From NCBI GenBank assembly GCA_000934665.2, contig KZ538844.1, forward strand, positions 1 to 64,000: a DNA stretch of 64,000 bases, given 5' to 3'. Each line of letters opens with the position of its first letter. Within the stretch, counting starts at the first letter, position 1. Shown piece by piece: positions 25,455 through 36,600 of this stretch. The notes beneath the pieces are model-generated. The model worked only from the letters and a program-made list of their open reading frames with translations, was not told the DNA's origin and ran no database searches. The position numbers and the translations under genes are program-made. Origin of the DNA: Catajapyx aquilonaris. Its lineage: Eukaryota.

Positions 25455-27162
25455 ACTTACTTCAGGGGGAGTGGCACCTGATTTGCCGAACATCCAAACA
25501 GCCCAGGAAGTCAGATTCCTGAATTGCCGAATACGCCTTATTATTAGTAGCAGTCTCTGAATGTTTACTTAGTTGCCAGGTAACGGCATTTTTCGGCATT
25601 GGCAGTACTGGGATTACCTGGCAATTAAGTAAACATTCAGGGACTGCTAATATGTCCATCACTGAACCATAACCAATAGACCACCGTTTCCCCCGCGTTT
25701 ATGGTATAAGGTCATGGATATGTTTAAAATTAATTTTGAAATGCTCAGAACAACATCAAAATCGGCAAATTGCTCAGACTCCTCACTTGTCTCCTCACCA
25801 TGTAGACTACTGTACCTCAGTAGTGAATATCTGGTCCTGCATGGTGCAGTTCTATTCATCAGTATCATATAACGGCACTATAAAGTCGAAAAGCTGTCCA
25901 TATAATATGGTTGGTTAGGTAATTATTGTAAAATGGTTTTTGATAGTTTTGGGGATTTGGATGAGGTATGAGAGGTTGGAAGATTGCTCATTTTAAAATA
26001 GAAAAGAAAATGCCGTTCTGGCTATTCTGGAAAGGAAGCTACTCCGAAATTATCCGTGGGAAACACATGGAAAGTCCCATGCCAGGATGAACGGCACCAG
26101 GATTCGAACCCAGGAACAATCTAACCGGCTCGTAACAAGGGGCATTAAAAAACGAGCTAGTCAACCATGCGCAGACATAGTTACTAACAATCTTCGAAAT
26201 TTCTTGTTATTGCAACAGAGCATTGTATTTTATTATGAAGGCATCTTGCTGACTTAGATTTTTATGGGTTTAAAACAATGTGTAAAAGCAGGTAAAAGTG
26301 GATATAAGTCCAGTAGCTTAAACAGTTTGTACAATATGTGTCTGAATATGTGGTAACATATGTTCGAAAATTTTGGCTATTGGTGTTTGCCAAATAGCAT
26401 GTATTTCTCCGCCTGTTATAATGTAGCATGTAAGCTGCTGCCTTGTTCCGTATATGTGCCTGCTTTAAGTTCGTCGATGCTCCACCCTGTGCACAGGTCA
26501 TCGGGCTCAGGTATATCCGACATCCAACGGCTAGGAGTCCCTTCTCACGGGACAGCGCTGCACATCTTTGGCGATTTTCTAGAAAATGAGGGAATATGAA
26601 CAGTTGGTTTATTCGTAGAGGCTCCGGAGAGACATCGCCGTCGCACCATATCGTATGCCTAATCATAAACCAAGCAACAAGGAATCAGGGAACTGGGTAC
26701 GACACCACGTAACACAATAGCTATAACCACTTCGAATATGACTTTTGTTCATTCGAACCAAAATAATTACGTCCAACTATTTTAATTTGCCCAAAATAAT
26801 CTAACTTCCTGTTGCTAATGTGCGTGTAACATCATTAGCCCTAGTATTTTGAAATTATTTTCTTCCATGGCCTAACTTCACAAATCTAATAGATACACGG
26901 GGATGTAGTTATTGTATACTTACCGGTAACTGCATCATCCTACCCTAACAGCCTAACCTAACCTTCCATAGCTAATGGCTGCACTGGTGGTAATTATTTT
27001 CATCTACGTTAATTATCTCATTCTAGATTGTGTCGCCTGTATAAGCCAATAATAGACCGAACGAAAATTCCGTAATTGTGCAGAATATCTGACTAACGAA
27101 TTCAGAATTTACGTGTTTTACGAGGACAAACGCTTACTCGACATACTATACTGTATATACCG

Positions 27163-27526
27163 TATAATTATAATTGGGGGGTTAGTGCACCGCCCATGGA
27201 TGGGCATCTGGCACGGTAGTAGCCTACCTTTATTTTTTTCAGGTGCACAGCTGATGCATTGTTGGTCCTTTTCCGTAACGCCCGGGTACCGCGAGCGAGA
27301 GGGGATGACAGGAGGGGATGTGCAAAGTGCAAGTGCAATGTCGAACGTGGTACATTTTGTGAACTCCCCTGTGTGGATTTGTCTATCGGAGACGAAGCCA
27401 GAGACGACCGCTTAACTCTGCATGAGATGAGGGGGGGGGGGNGGGGGGGGAACCGTGGGCTGGGATCCAACCCGGGACCTTAACATCTGTGGGCGCGTAC
27501 GTTACCGCAGCGCCACTCCGTCTCCC
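27163..27526 (-). mobile_element. tRNA-derived SINE family 2
   Basis: Colinear with 34836-35185 (ggagtggcgctgcggtaacg...gttaaggtcccgggtt...gcacatcccctcctgtcatcc...cccccaattat). Confidence 0.85.
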
Positions 27527-27554
27527 GATAGCTAAATAATAGTTGTTCTAACCA

Positions 27555-27810
27555 GGGCGACACGGTGGCGGAGTGGTTAGTTCCGCAGCCTTCCACCTCT
27601 AAGGTCCCGAGTTCGAGTCGGAGGATACTTATGTGGATGGAGTTTCGATGGGTTCTCTCCGTGTTCGCGTGGGTTTTCTCAGGGTTCTCCCGTTTCCTCC
27701 CGCAATCAAAATCCATCACAGCGCAGGCAATGATTAAAGACGGTTATTCAAAAGATGATCCCCTAAGAGGCCCAATGAGGCCTATTATATATCACGGGGT
27801 ATCCATTATT
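27555..27810 (+). mobile_element. tRNA-derived SINE family 1 (V-domain-like)
   Basis: Perfect 15-bp TSD atagttgttctaacc at 27539-27553 and 27811-27825; A box tggcggagtgg, B box gttcgagtc. Confidence 0.92.
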
Positions 27811-27959
27811 ATAGTTGTTCTAACCGTTAAAAGTACCGTAACTGTGCAAAAGTAACTATTTGAAATAATAAGCATGTTGACAAAAATAGCCATAGCAATC
27901 GGACAAGTATTCTAGATCACTGATCACCATGGTATCCCCCTATAATAATAGCCTTACTT

Positions 27960-29644
27960 TTTCGCCTCCGGAACGCTCATCCAGATGGTGTGGCGGCCTG
28001 AACAATTAGTGCCGCGACCAAAAGGTGGCCGCCCTCCCTTGGACTCCCTTGACCATCAGGCCGCCACTTTCCCTTCCCGCCAAAAGTCCTAACCGCCACC
28101 TATTTCCTTTCCCGCCAATACAGGCTCCTGGTGAGTACTGCCAACTTCTCATCACGGCACTAAATCATCAGGCCGGGGGGAGTAGTGGCTGGGGTCGCCT
28201 GTCTTACCGCCAATTTCCTTTCCCGCCTAAACACCTGAGTGCCAATTTCCTTTACGGCCGAAAGTCCTTCCCGCCAATTCCATTTACCGCCAAAAGTCCT
28301 AACCGCCACCTATTTCCTTTCCCGCCAATACAGGTCTGCCAACTTATTCAATCTGAGCCTCAGAATATTCAGAAAGCTGTCATATACGCTTCTACTTTCA
28401 GCCCCACTTTCTAACTATGCCGCCATCTTCGATCCGGATCTAGCAACTTATTATCATTTTCAACGGATAGCTTAGCTTAGAGTAAACCCTTGCGACTTAT
28501 TTGGCGGCGTAGCATGAACCTCCCGGAGCAAGCAAACAAGATATCAGCGGTGCACAGCGGTGGGATCAGCAGGGGGATTGGAGGTTGGCAAAGCCACAAT
28601 AACGTCCGTTGGCCTCCGCCGCCACAAGACGGACAGTACCGGTACTGCAAATGTTGCGGATACGAAACACACAATAATCGCCCCAGCTCCGCTTCCTCTC
28701 CGCATTACCTAAAAATATCATACAGGGCGACGAACCCTGCCTGGCGGGGCCACAACAGATGACAGTGGAGATAATGGATACCCCGTGATAAGCCTCCTTC
28801 AGCTTTTTAGGGAATCATCTTTTAATTGACCGACTTTAATCATTGCCTGCGCTGTTATGGATTTGTATTGTGGGAGAAAACGAGAGAACCTCCGAGAAAA
28901 CCCACGCGAACACGGAGAGAACCCATCGAAACTATATCCACATAAGCATATACTCTGTCCGATCCGGGGATCGAACTCGGGACCTTAGAGGTGGAAGGCT
29001 GCGGCGCTAACCACTCCGCCACCGTGTCGCCCAAACAGATGCCAGTATTGTTGCTGTGCCATAAAGCCATACAGCATCACCGACACAAAGGGCAACTCCA
29101 TCCCTCATGTTGCCGCGTCACTCAAATAATATGCCCATATCAGCTATTATCAGCTATTATTATTAGCCTTAATCATAGCCTGCTGGATCCGGATCCAAAA
29201 GTCGTATATGTTCATTGACATAATGTCATCCCAGCCTCTGCCATGACGATCAACAATAACTCGCAGGGCCACATCAGCACGTTAGCATTTCCCTGGATGA
29301 ACCTGTCTTCTCACAATCATGGCCAGCTGCATGTGGCACTGTCCCGGTCTCGCAACCCAAGTCAGGTCAAAGTGTTCACTACTCCTACTACTCAACACGG
29401 AACATTGCTCTCCAACAACAGTGTTCACACACGATGTTGTATATCGCGAGGTTTTATGAAAACTTTTCTCATGTCCGATTCAGGAAGTGTACATTATGTC
29501 CATTGATTCAATGCCACTTGATGCCACTCAATTTTTCAACCCCGTATTACGACCAGCTATGCGCGAGCCCTCTCGCTCAATTTTTTCATTACCATTGTCT
29601 TCCTCATTGCAGGTTTTGCCAAATTTTGGCTACGGGTGCGCTAG
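27960..29644 (+). mobile_element. Internally deleted Helitron (Pif1-like helicase C-terminal remnant)
   Basis: 29240-29460 translates to AMTINNNSQG...SHNHGQLHVALSR (Helitron helicase motifs AMTINKSQG / SHGQLYVALSR). 3' end CTAG|T at 29641-29645. Duplicated ~50-bp ttcccgcc-rich units at ~28075 and ~28285. The 5' boundary is approximate. Confidence 0.7.
28771..29032 (-). mobile_element. SINE family 1 inserted in the Helitron
   Basis: Colinear with other copies; TSD aacagatgacagt / aacagatgccagt. Confidence 0.9.
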
Positions 29645-30364
29645 TTAGTACTATATAATTATAAACACAATGTTTGTACACACCAACGAAAACACGTAGA
29701 TAAGTTACAGCCATGGTTACAGCAGACCTATTCACCTATACTATATAGGCCTACTGTACTTTAAAAATTCCAGCGAATATGATTACAAGAGAAACCAAAG
29801 ACTTTGGTACTACTGTAGTCCAAGAGAAGATGACAATATCACTATACGTACTGTCACTGCTCGAACGCGATGAGGCACCATGTATTTATAGGAAGTAGAG
29901 GCTACTTCCCCTTCTCTGGAAGTTAATGACGACATTTTGCCGGTCACTCTGGTTCTGCTGTAAGGTTTCTGGTATGGAAGGATCGAGAGTCGGATGAATT
30001 GTGTTATTTTGTCTAACGCAGTTTCTATGTAACTATAGGCATTATAATGAAAGCATTGAAAATTGCTCACATAACAAGGCCAATATCCGCTCCTTGTAGG
30101 CACCTGCCGGTTTCCTAATGATGCTTGGTAGCGGTCTTGAGTATGGGGCCACTGTATACCCCGCTCCTTTTTATCCTGCCAATTGGACGCTTTTGGAAGT
30201 TGGCACTTATTATGACCCAGGTGAGTGACAGGTGGTTTGTCCCTCGCTGTAACATTCATGCAACACGAAAGCAAGATAAGAGGTACATTCTTAGTTTCTC
30301 ATAAATAATTTTCACAAGATGACAAGTGAAATATTCGACAGTGACGCGTAAGAGCAAATTCATC

Positions 30365-32498
30365 TCATGTACTGTATAGTACGTTATGTAGAGTACTTGT
30401 AATACCATCGCTCTTATGCATCGACTCACGTGGTATTTCCCGTGGTGAATTGCCGAAGGCCAAAGGGTGTTTGGCATACAATGTCTTCATATAAGCTTTC
30501 CATTTCAAGACATACTTGTCTGATTCCACAACGACGGGCTTCCGGCTGGTCGGTGGCGATATGATGATCGTTGGCACATCGCAGATCCTTGACGCACCGC
30601 AGGTCTTTGGCGCACCGCAGGTAGTTGGTGCACCGTAGGTAGTTGCTGCACGAAATTTATGGACGGGGAATTGAGGCTTCGGTGGGAAAAGAAAGTCATT
30701 TTCCTCTAGCCTAAAAATGGGAATTAGTGGCTTTTCGACGAAACAACTATATGCCTTCCTTCGTTGCGTAGCTGAGATCAGGGACTGCTTAGAATTGTGA
30801 GGCCAACGTTTGATATTGTAATATCCTGGTCCTGGGTGGTCAAGCTGCAAGAATTGCATTTCATCAAGATACAGTATCCTATATATTGAAATACATACGC
30901 TTGTTACACAGAAGTGCCACGGTACTCAATAAATTAATCACACGAATAAGTTAATAGCTGCTTAGCGAGGTGGAAATATCGGGATTTCACTGTCATTTCA
31001 TTGTACAGTTCTGATAGGCCTGACAACCAAATGGAATCAGTTATGTGCTACTCCCCATAATAAAAGCCCCCTTTCATTCTGGGCATTCGATTCATCAATA
31101 ACTTCAGGTGTATCTAACATTTAGATGCATCTAATATTAGTACTATATAGGTTGGGGATTAGATGAAGTTGCAAGAGGAAGAGGAACTGAAATTTTCCAT
31201 ATTTCATTATTTTGAAACTTTTGTTTTGTTGCATACCTTTAGCCCTTGGCCTAACATACAATATGTTAAAGCGTGTGTTCCAAATACACTGTACTCCCGA
31301 TTATCCGGGTGCGAATTATCCGTGCATGACCAAAACAAAGAAAAGTCCGAAAAAATGTCACTTTTTCTCGCAAACTAAGAAATATAAGACTAGTTTTGCC
31401 AGAAGCCAAACTAAAAATATACGGAAATTTTTCTCATTTTGATGGAACATTATTTAGATGGATGCACTATGTATACAGGAGGTCATTTAAACCCTCTGAA
31501 GAGCTCATTTCTACGATTTCTAGGACCATTTCCCGATTATCTGTGTATACAGTTTTAGTTATCAGAACTTTCACACCAAGATGTTAATTATTTTTGTGTA
31601 GTTTTTTTGCACCCCGATCAAAGTGCCTAACTATTTCCATTATATCATCAGCTGCTATATTCGACCACACCTGGGAATAAATGGGCGCCTCGATCGGGTG
31701 CTAAAAGCTGCAGAAAAATAACAGCTTGATGCGAAAGTTCCGGTAACTAAAAAGACTCCAATATTTGTTACACACTGTTTAGCATATTTATGTATGTTAT
31801 TCCCATAGCCCAGGCATATGGGTTAATGTCAACTCTAGAGGTATGCAACAAACATAAGTATGAAAATAAAGAAATATGGAAAATTCCAGTTCCTATTCCA
31901 ACTTACGTTAGCCTAATCCCCAACCTATTGTTTCAACTTGCTCCACATCACACAGGCTTCATACAAGGACGTACTACAATCATCGATCGTTATTTTCAGA
32001 AATAACTATAACAGCAATCAGGAAGGCAATAAAGTTCTAACCACATGTCCGTCAAGGCTATGTAAAAATGGTTAGGCCTCTAATTTGCTTTGATTTTTTT
32101 TAAAGTGCTTGGTTTCCTTACGAGACCCAGACCAGAGTGGTATATCTTCATACAGGTTAGCAAAGAATGTGAGGGAGATATTCAATGATTCTGACAGCTC
32201 ATTGATTTGGGAGTAATGAACCTTTTAGCTTTGTCAATTTACCGCGTGTTCCACCTAGCCCCCCTCTTTCCTACCTGTTGCAGGATAGGGTAATGTTTTG
32301 GAAAATGATTCGTCCTTAATCGTATGTTGAAGAGAATGAATAACTCACTTCTTGCGAGATTAATTGTAAACGTGATGTATATGCCAGGACACGACGTTCG
32401 CCTTTGGCCCCTTTCTTCGGCGTGGTGTTGCTCGAAGTCTTCGAAATCTTGCTCGAAGCGGTGTGAGGAAGTTGTTCTTTGGCGCCTTTTTGCTGCAT
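30365..32498 (-). CDS. Putative PGPGxY (SHIPPO/STPG-like) protein; exon structure uncertain
   Basis: Exon 32498-32349 (ACC ATG...SRLQLISQE|GTGAGT, phase 0) can join exon 30844-30365 (TTCTTGCAG|LDHPGPGYYNIK...). Only one PGPGxY motif. Other acceptors at ~32275 and ~31707 may add exons or define a different gene. Confidence 0.4.
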
Positions 32499-33014
32499 GG
32501 TGTTATTTCTCAGGGCATCTCAGGGTATGGTCGAATGGGGGCGGAGTATGGAGGAGGCGGTCAGAACTACATAATATGGCAAACTTGGAAGACGAATGAT
32601 TTAGATGAGGGACGAAAAATGCGATTATCGCTGCTTACAGTGACTAATTTTACAATGTCCAAAATTACAAATATCAGTTGCTAGGATATCCATGTATTTC
32701 ACAGTCTGACTATATAGTCATTGTTGTCATAAGCACCGTGAAGAGGAACCTGTGCTATTTTGGTGATTATAAATTTCAACTTCTTAATAACTTGAATAAT
32801 AAATAAGATGACGTAAAATCATGCGGTAACTCGCAGTCCATTTATCCGAATAGATGACAGTGCAATCAAATGTGATTATTTTATAATGCATTGGTGCAGT
32901 AGGCCTACTGTACCGGTACGGCGGTACAGTACCTAAAGGCCAAAGCGCAGAAAGGAGGCTTAAAAATGATATGGGGTCAATTTTTAATTTTGAAAGCGTG
33001 GAAACTATTTCCAA

Positions 33015-33082
<68 letters not shown>

Positions 33083-33086
33083 CAAC
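33015..33086. repeat. (AAT)n/(AAC)n microsatellite
   Basis: Direct reading; source of the poly-Ile/poly-Leu ORFs in the ORF track. Confidence 0.95.
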
Positions 33087-33634
33087 ATGGTAAAATTTCC
33101 CAGGCCACAGCCTATACGTACGAATATTACAATATAAGACCAATATGCAAGGAGTGGGACATTCCAATAAAAACGTACAATATTCACTCTGATACACCAA
33201 ATATTTATTCCCAATTATTTATGGATGATTCATAATCGTCTACACCCGGTATACCTACTACGGTTCGATATGAGACCATGATTATTGGATTTTTTACTAC
33301 CCCCCGCATCATGCACACTATATCCTATTTTCCAGAAATCAATTTGCACAATTTTATTGATCCTGTAACTCGCTGTAACGTCACTGCCACATTTTCCTTG
33401 CAATAAGTATTATTTATGCGCTCTAACCTCTAAACGTAATTCTGGTACAGTATTTGGCCCGAAGATGGCGTTCTGTCGCTAGAAGGCGGATAAGCATGGA
33501 AGCGATGGCCATGACATCGGAGTAGATCGGACTTCACTTGCTGTGTCTGGCCAGCGCAGGAGGGACACGTGTTGTTATTGCTCAACCCGACACACCGGGA
33601 TATAGACAAGGGAACTCAGTAGCCTTTCCCGGCC

Positions 33635-36600
33635 ATGGCGAAGTCTTATAAGTAAGTGGACGTCGCCATAGCGGAAACTGTAGCATTTGTAGACTCAGCG
33701 CAGGTCCAGGTAGTGAACAGAGTACTAAGCGGTGCCCAGGGTTGCCCCGGTGGCGCCCCTGTGAGCAGCGAGCGGAGGGAGGGAGGGAGCGTCGAAACAG
33801 ATGAATATTCTGGAATATTTTGTATCGAACGCCCGGTGTTTATTCCGGGCAGGGTCCGACATGCAGGCTTTTAGCGAGTATTCTTTGTGTTAAGAGTTCG
33901 TAATTTTGGGCTTTTTTCCCGGTACAAGTGGCATGGCTCTGCAGTGAGTACCTGTTGTTTTTTTGCAGGACACTTTTGAGGCTGTGGCTGGCCATCGCTG
34001 CAGTGACAATGGGAGATGCAGTGGACAAAGGGAATTTCAAGACCTGTGAACAAAGCGCATTCTGCAGGTTAGTACTGGCCTCTGTACCTGGGGAAGTACC
34101 AGGGATATGTTATGGTTGACCAAGTGGGCTTTGCAGTTTGGGGGTGTGTGATCCATACCGTGATATGCATCATAGAACGATGGTTGAATTTAAGTCGATA
34201 CCTGCCCCAGAGACTGGATAATTTTTAGAGAAGTTCTGGGATCGTGTGCTTTCCCCCTGCCTCAGCGTACAAGGAGACTTAATGCCATAGATGTCTGACA
34301 TTAATATAATTTAAAATAGAACATGTAATATTTAAAGTGCTTGATAATTATATTCAGACACCTTAACATCTAGCAGGAAGAAGTTGAAGTACTGATTTTT
34401 ATGTGAATGCTTAAACACTAGGGACTAGGCGATGCATCTGATATTTTGCAGGTCGCTGACCTCCCCCTCAGTAAGGGGTTACTGAGTCTGAATAAAGGTA
34501 GAGGCCTTCACCTGCTGGGGTTTAAAAAACCATCCAATTATGATTTAGCCCTATTTCATTGAGAAGAATTCTAGAGCTTCCAGGCTTTATATTGCACATT
34601 ACACCCATACATAGTATTTAAAAAAAAAAAAAAAATTTAGAGTGATACTAGTAGCGTAGGGGCACATTAGTTTAGGTCTTCCACCTCAGGTCCTGAATTC
34701 AATCCCCAGATTAGGCTAAGGATTTTCTAGCAAGTTTCATTAGTTTATGTCTACATTTGCATGGGTTTTCTTAGGGCCCAGGTATTCCCACTATCAATCC
34801 ATAATCACCAATGTGATGATATAGTCAGGGATAAAGGGGAGGCGGAGTGGTGCTGCGGTAACGTATGCGCCCACGGATGTTAAGGTCCCGGGTTCGATCC
34901 CAACCCGGGGACACCCCCTTCATCTCGTGCAGAGTTTAGGGTCACCTCTGGCTTCGTCTCGGGTGGTATTTCCACAGACTACACCACCCAGGGGAGTTCA
35001 CTAAAAATGGCCACAGCGTCAGATGCACTGCACCTTGCACATCCCCTCCTGTCATCCAGCCCGTGGGCCCGGGCGCTTCTCAATGGCTCCAACTTGTACA
35101 CTATGTACGATCAAATAATAAAGGACCGTGCCAAACGCCGAAAGGTGAAGCACTACCCCCACAATTATTATTATTATTTATTATTATATAGTCAGGGATA
35201 AGAGAGGCCTCAGGCAAATGGCATCTTATCCAGTTGTAGAAATTTGTTTATAACAAACCCTAAATACACTGGAAACCTGTATGTACCAAAACTTTTGTTA
35301 GGCCTCAGAAGAGGAGTTTCTGTGTATTCCGTCATTCACGATTGGAAACCTCTTGAGCTAAGATCATTTTTGTGGGATGCAATGGATATTAAATTTAACA
35401 AATAACATATATTGATTTTCCAAGTAATTCAGAATGACATTTGTATATTTGAAATTTCCTTCTACATCTCAGGGTAAAATTAATGTAGGAGTACAACCCT
35501 GTAGAGAGGTACTAACTAAGAATCATGGAAAATGTAGGGTCTTAATGTTGTGTGCCTGTGATATGATAAAACTAAATCAGAGTGATGTAATTACAATAGT
35601 ACTTCAGCTTAAGACCTTGCAGTTCCTGTGCAGGTTGCTTTCTTTGCTTAGGCAGATTGGCTTAGCACTCGCTTAATGCTGTCCCTCACTTTCATACTCT
35701 AAAGTGATTGAAACTAAGCATTTGATTAAATTTTAACCACCAGGAGAGTGATGGATGGTGCCAGGAGAGGGACAAAAAATGCACATAATGAAGGAAAATT
35801 CATCACTATTTCTTGCAGAACCCCGAGTGATTGCTCACAGAACCCTAGGGTTCCAGGGACTGCGGTTGAGAAACATAGGTCTAATCTAAATTATGCAAAG
35901 CTACATTACTTCTACTTACTACTTTTTGAAAGTTATTATACTGGGACATAGTATTGGCAAGTTTTTGGAGAATCACCTTGGCACATGTACATCTCCATAA
36001 AGCAAACTGAGACAGTTGTGGTGTCAAGTCAGAGGGGTCTTGTCCCATAGCTTGTCCTCTGACCACCTACCCATCCCATTTGACTCTTGATGTGGAATTT
36101 GTATCTCCAATTTGCCAGGTGACCATGTTGCTTTATGTGAACATCCCATGATAAGCATGTCAGGGGATCGTATTTTTGAACACCCTACTTTATTCAGTGG
36201 CTGTACTGTTGATGGATTTTGATAGGAGGAGGAAATGGGAGAACCCTGAGAAAACTCGTTCCAATGTAGGTGAACCAATGTAAGCTTCCCATGGGAGAAA
36301 ATCCTCTTCCCAATCAGGGATCAAATGTGGAACCGCAGAACTTGAAGACTGTGGCCTTAACCACTGCCATTGTGCCACCCTCCAATAATAATGTAGATGT
36401 GGGAGGTGATTAACGTGTGTGTGTGTGTATGCATGTTCATGCATACACACCAAACGGGCACACTCTTAACAAGGGAAATATTTGTAAAGCTACATAACTG
36501 GAGATATAAACATATACTTGAATGGTTGAGCTGTAGGTGAGGATTCTCTTGAGAGGCTGTAGTGGAATTAAGATAGATTGAGTGATGAGCCAAAGCAACT

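Noticed and set aside
26416..26649. Minus-strand frame interrupted by a single TGA (selenoprotein or readthrough idea)
   Set aside because: No redox motif, no homology and no evident SECIS.
27555..27625. tRNA gene calls for A/B-box sequences (also at 8853, 34836, 43677)
   Set aside because: No complete cloverleaf; each continues into a repeated body and tail with TSDs, so these are SINE heads.
28030..28340. Spaced direct repeats resembling a CRISPR array
   Set aside because: Irregular units without unique spacers, no cas genes, eukaryotic context; they are Helitron-internal repeats.
33933..33968. Alternative GANAB start ATGGCTCTGCA|GTGAGT
   Set aside because: The implied intron would be only 25 nt; the ATG at 33635 gives a normal intron and a signal peptide.
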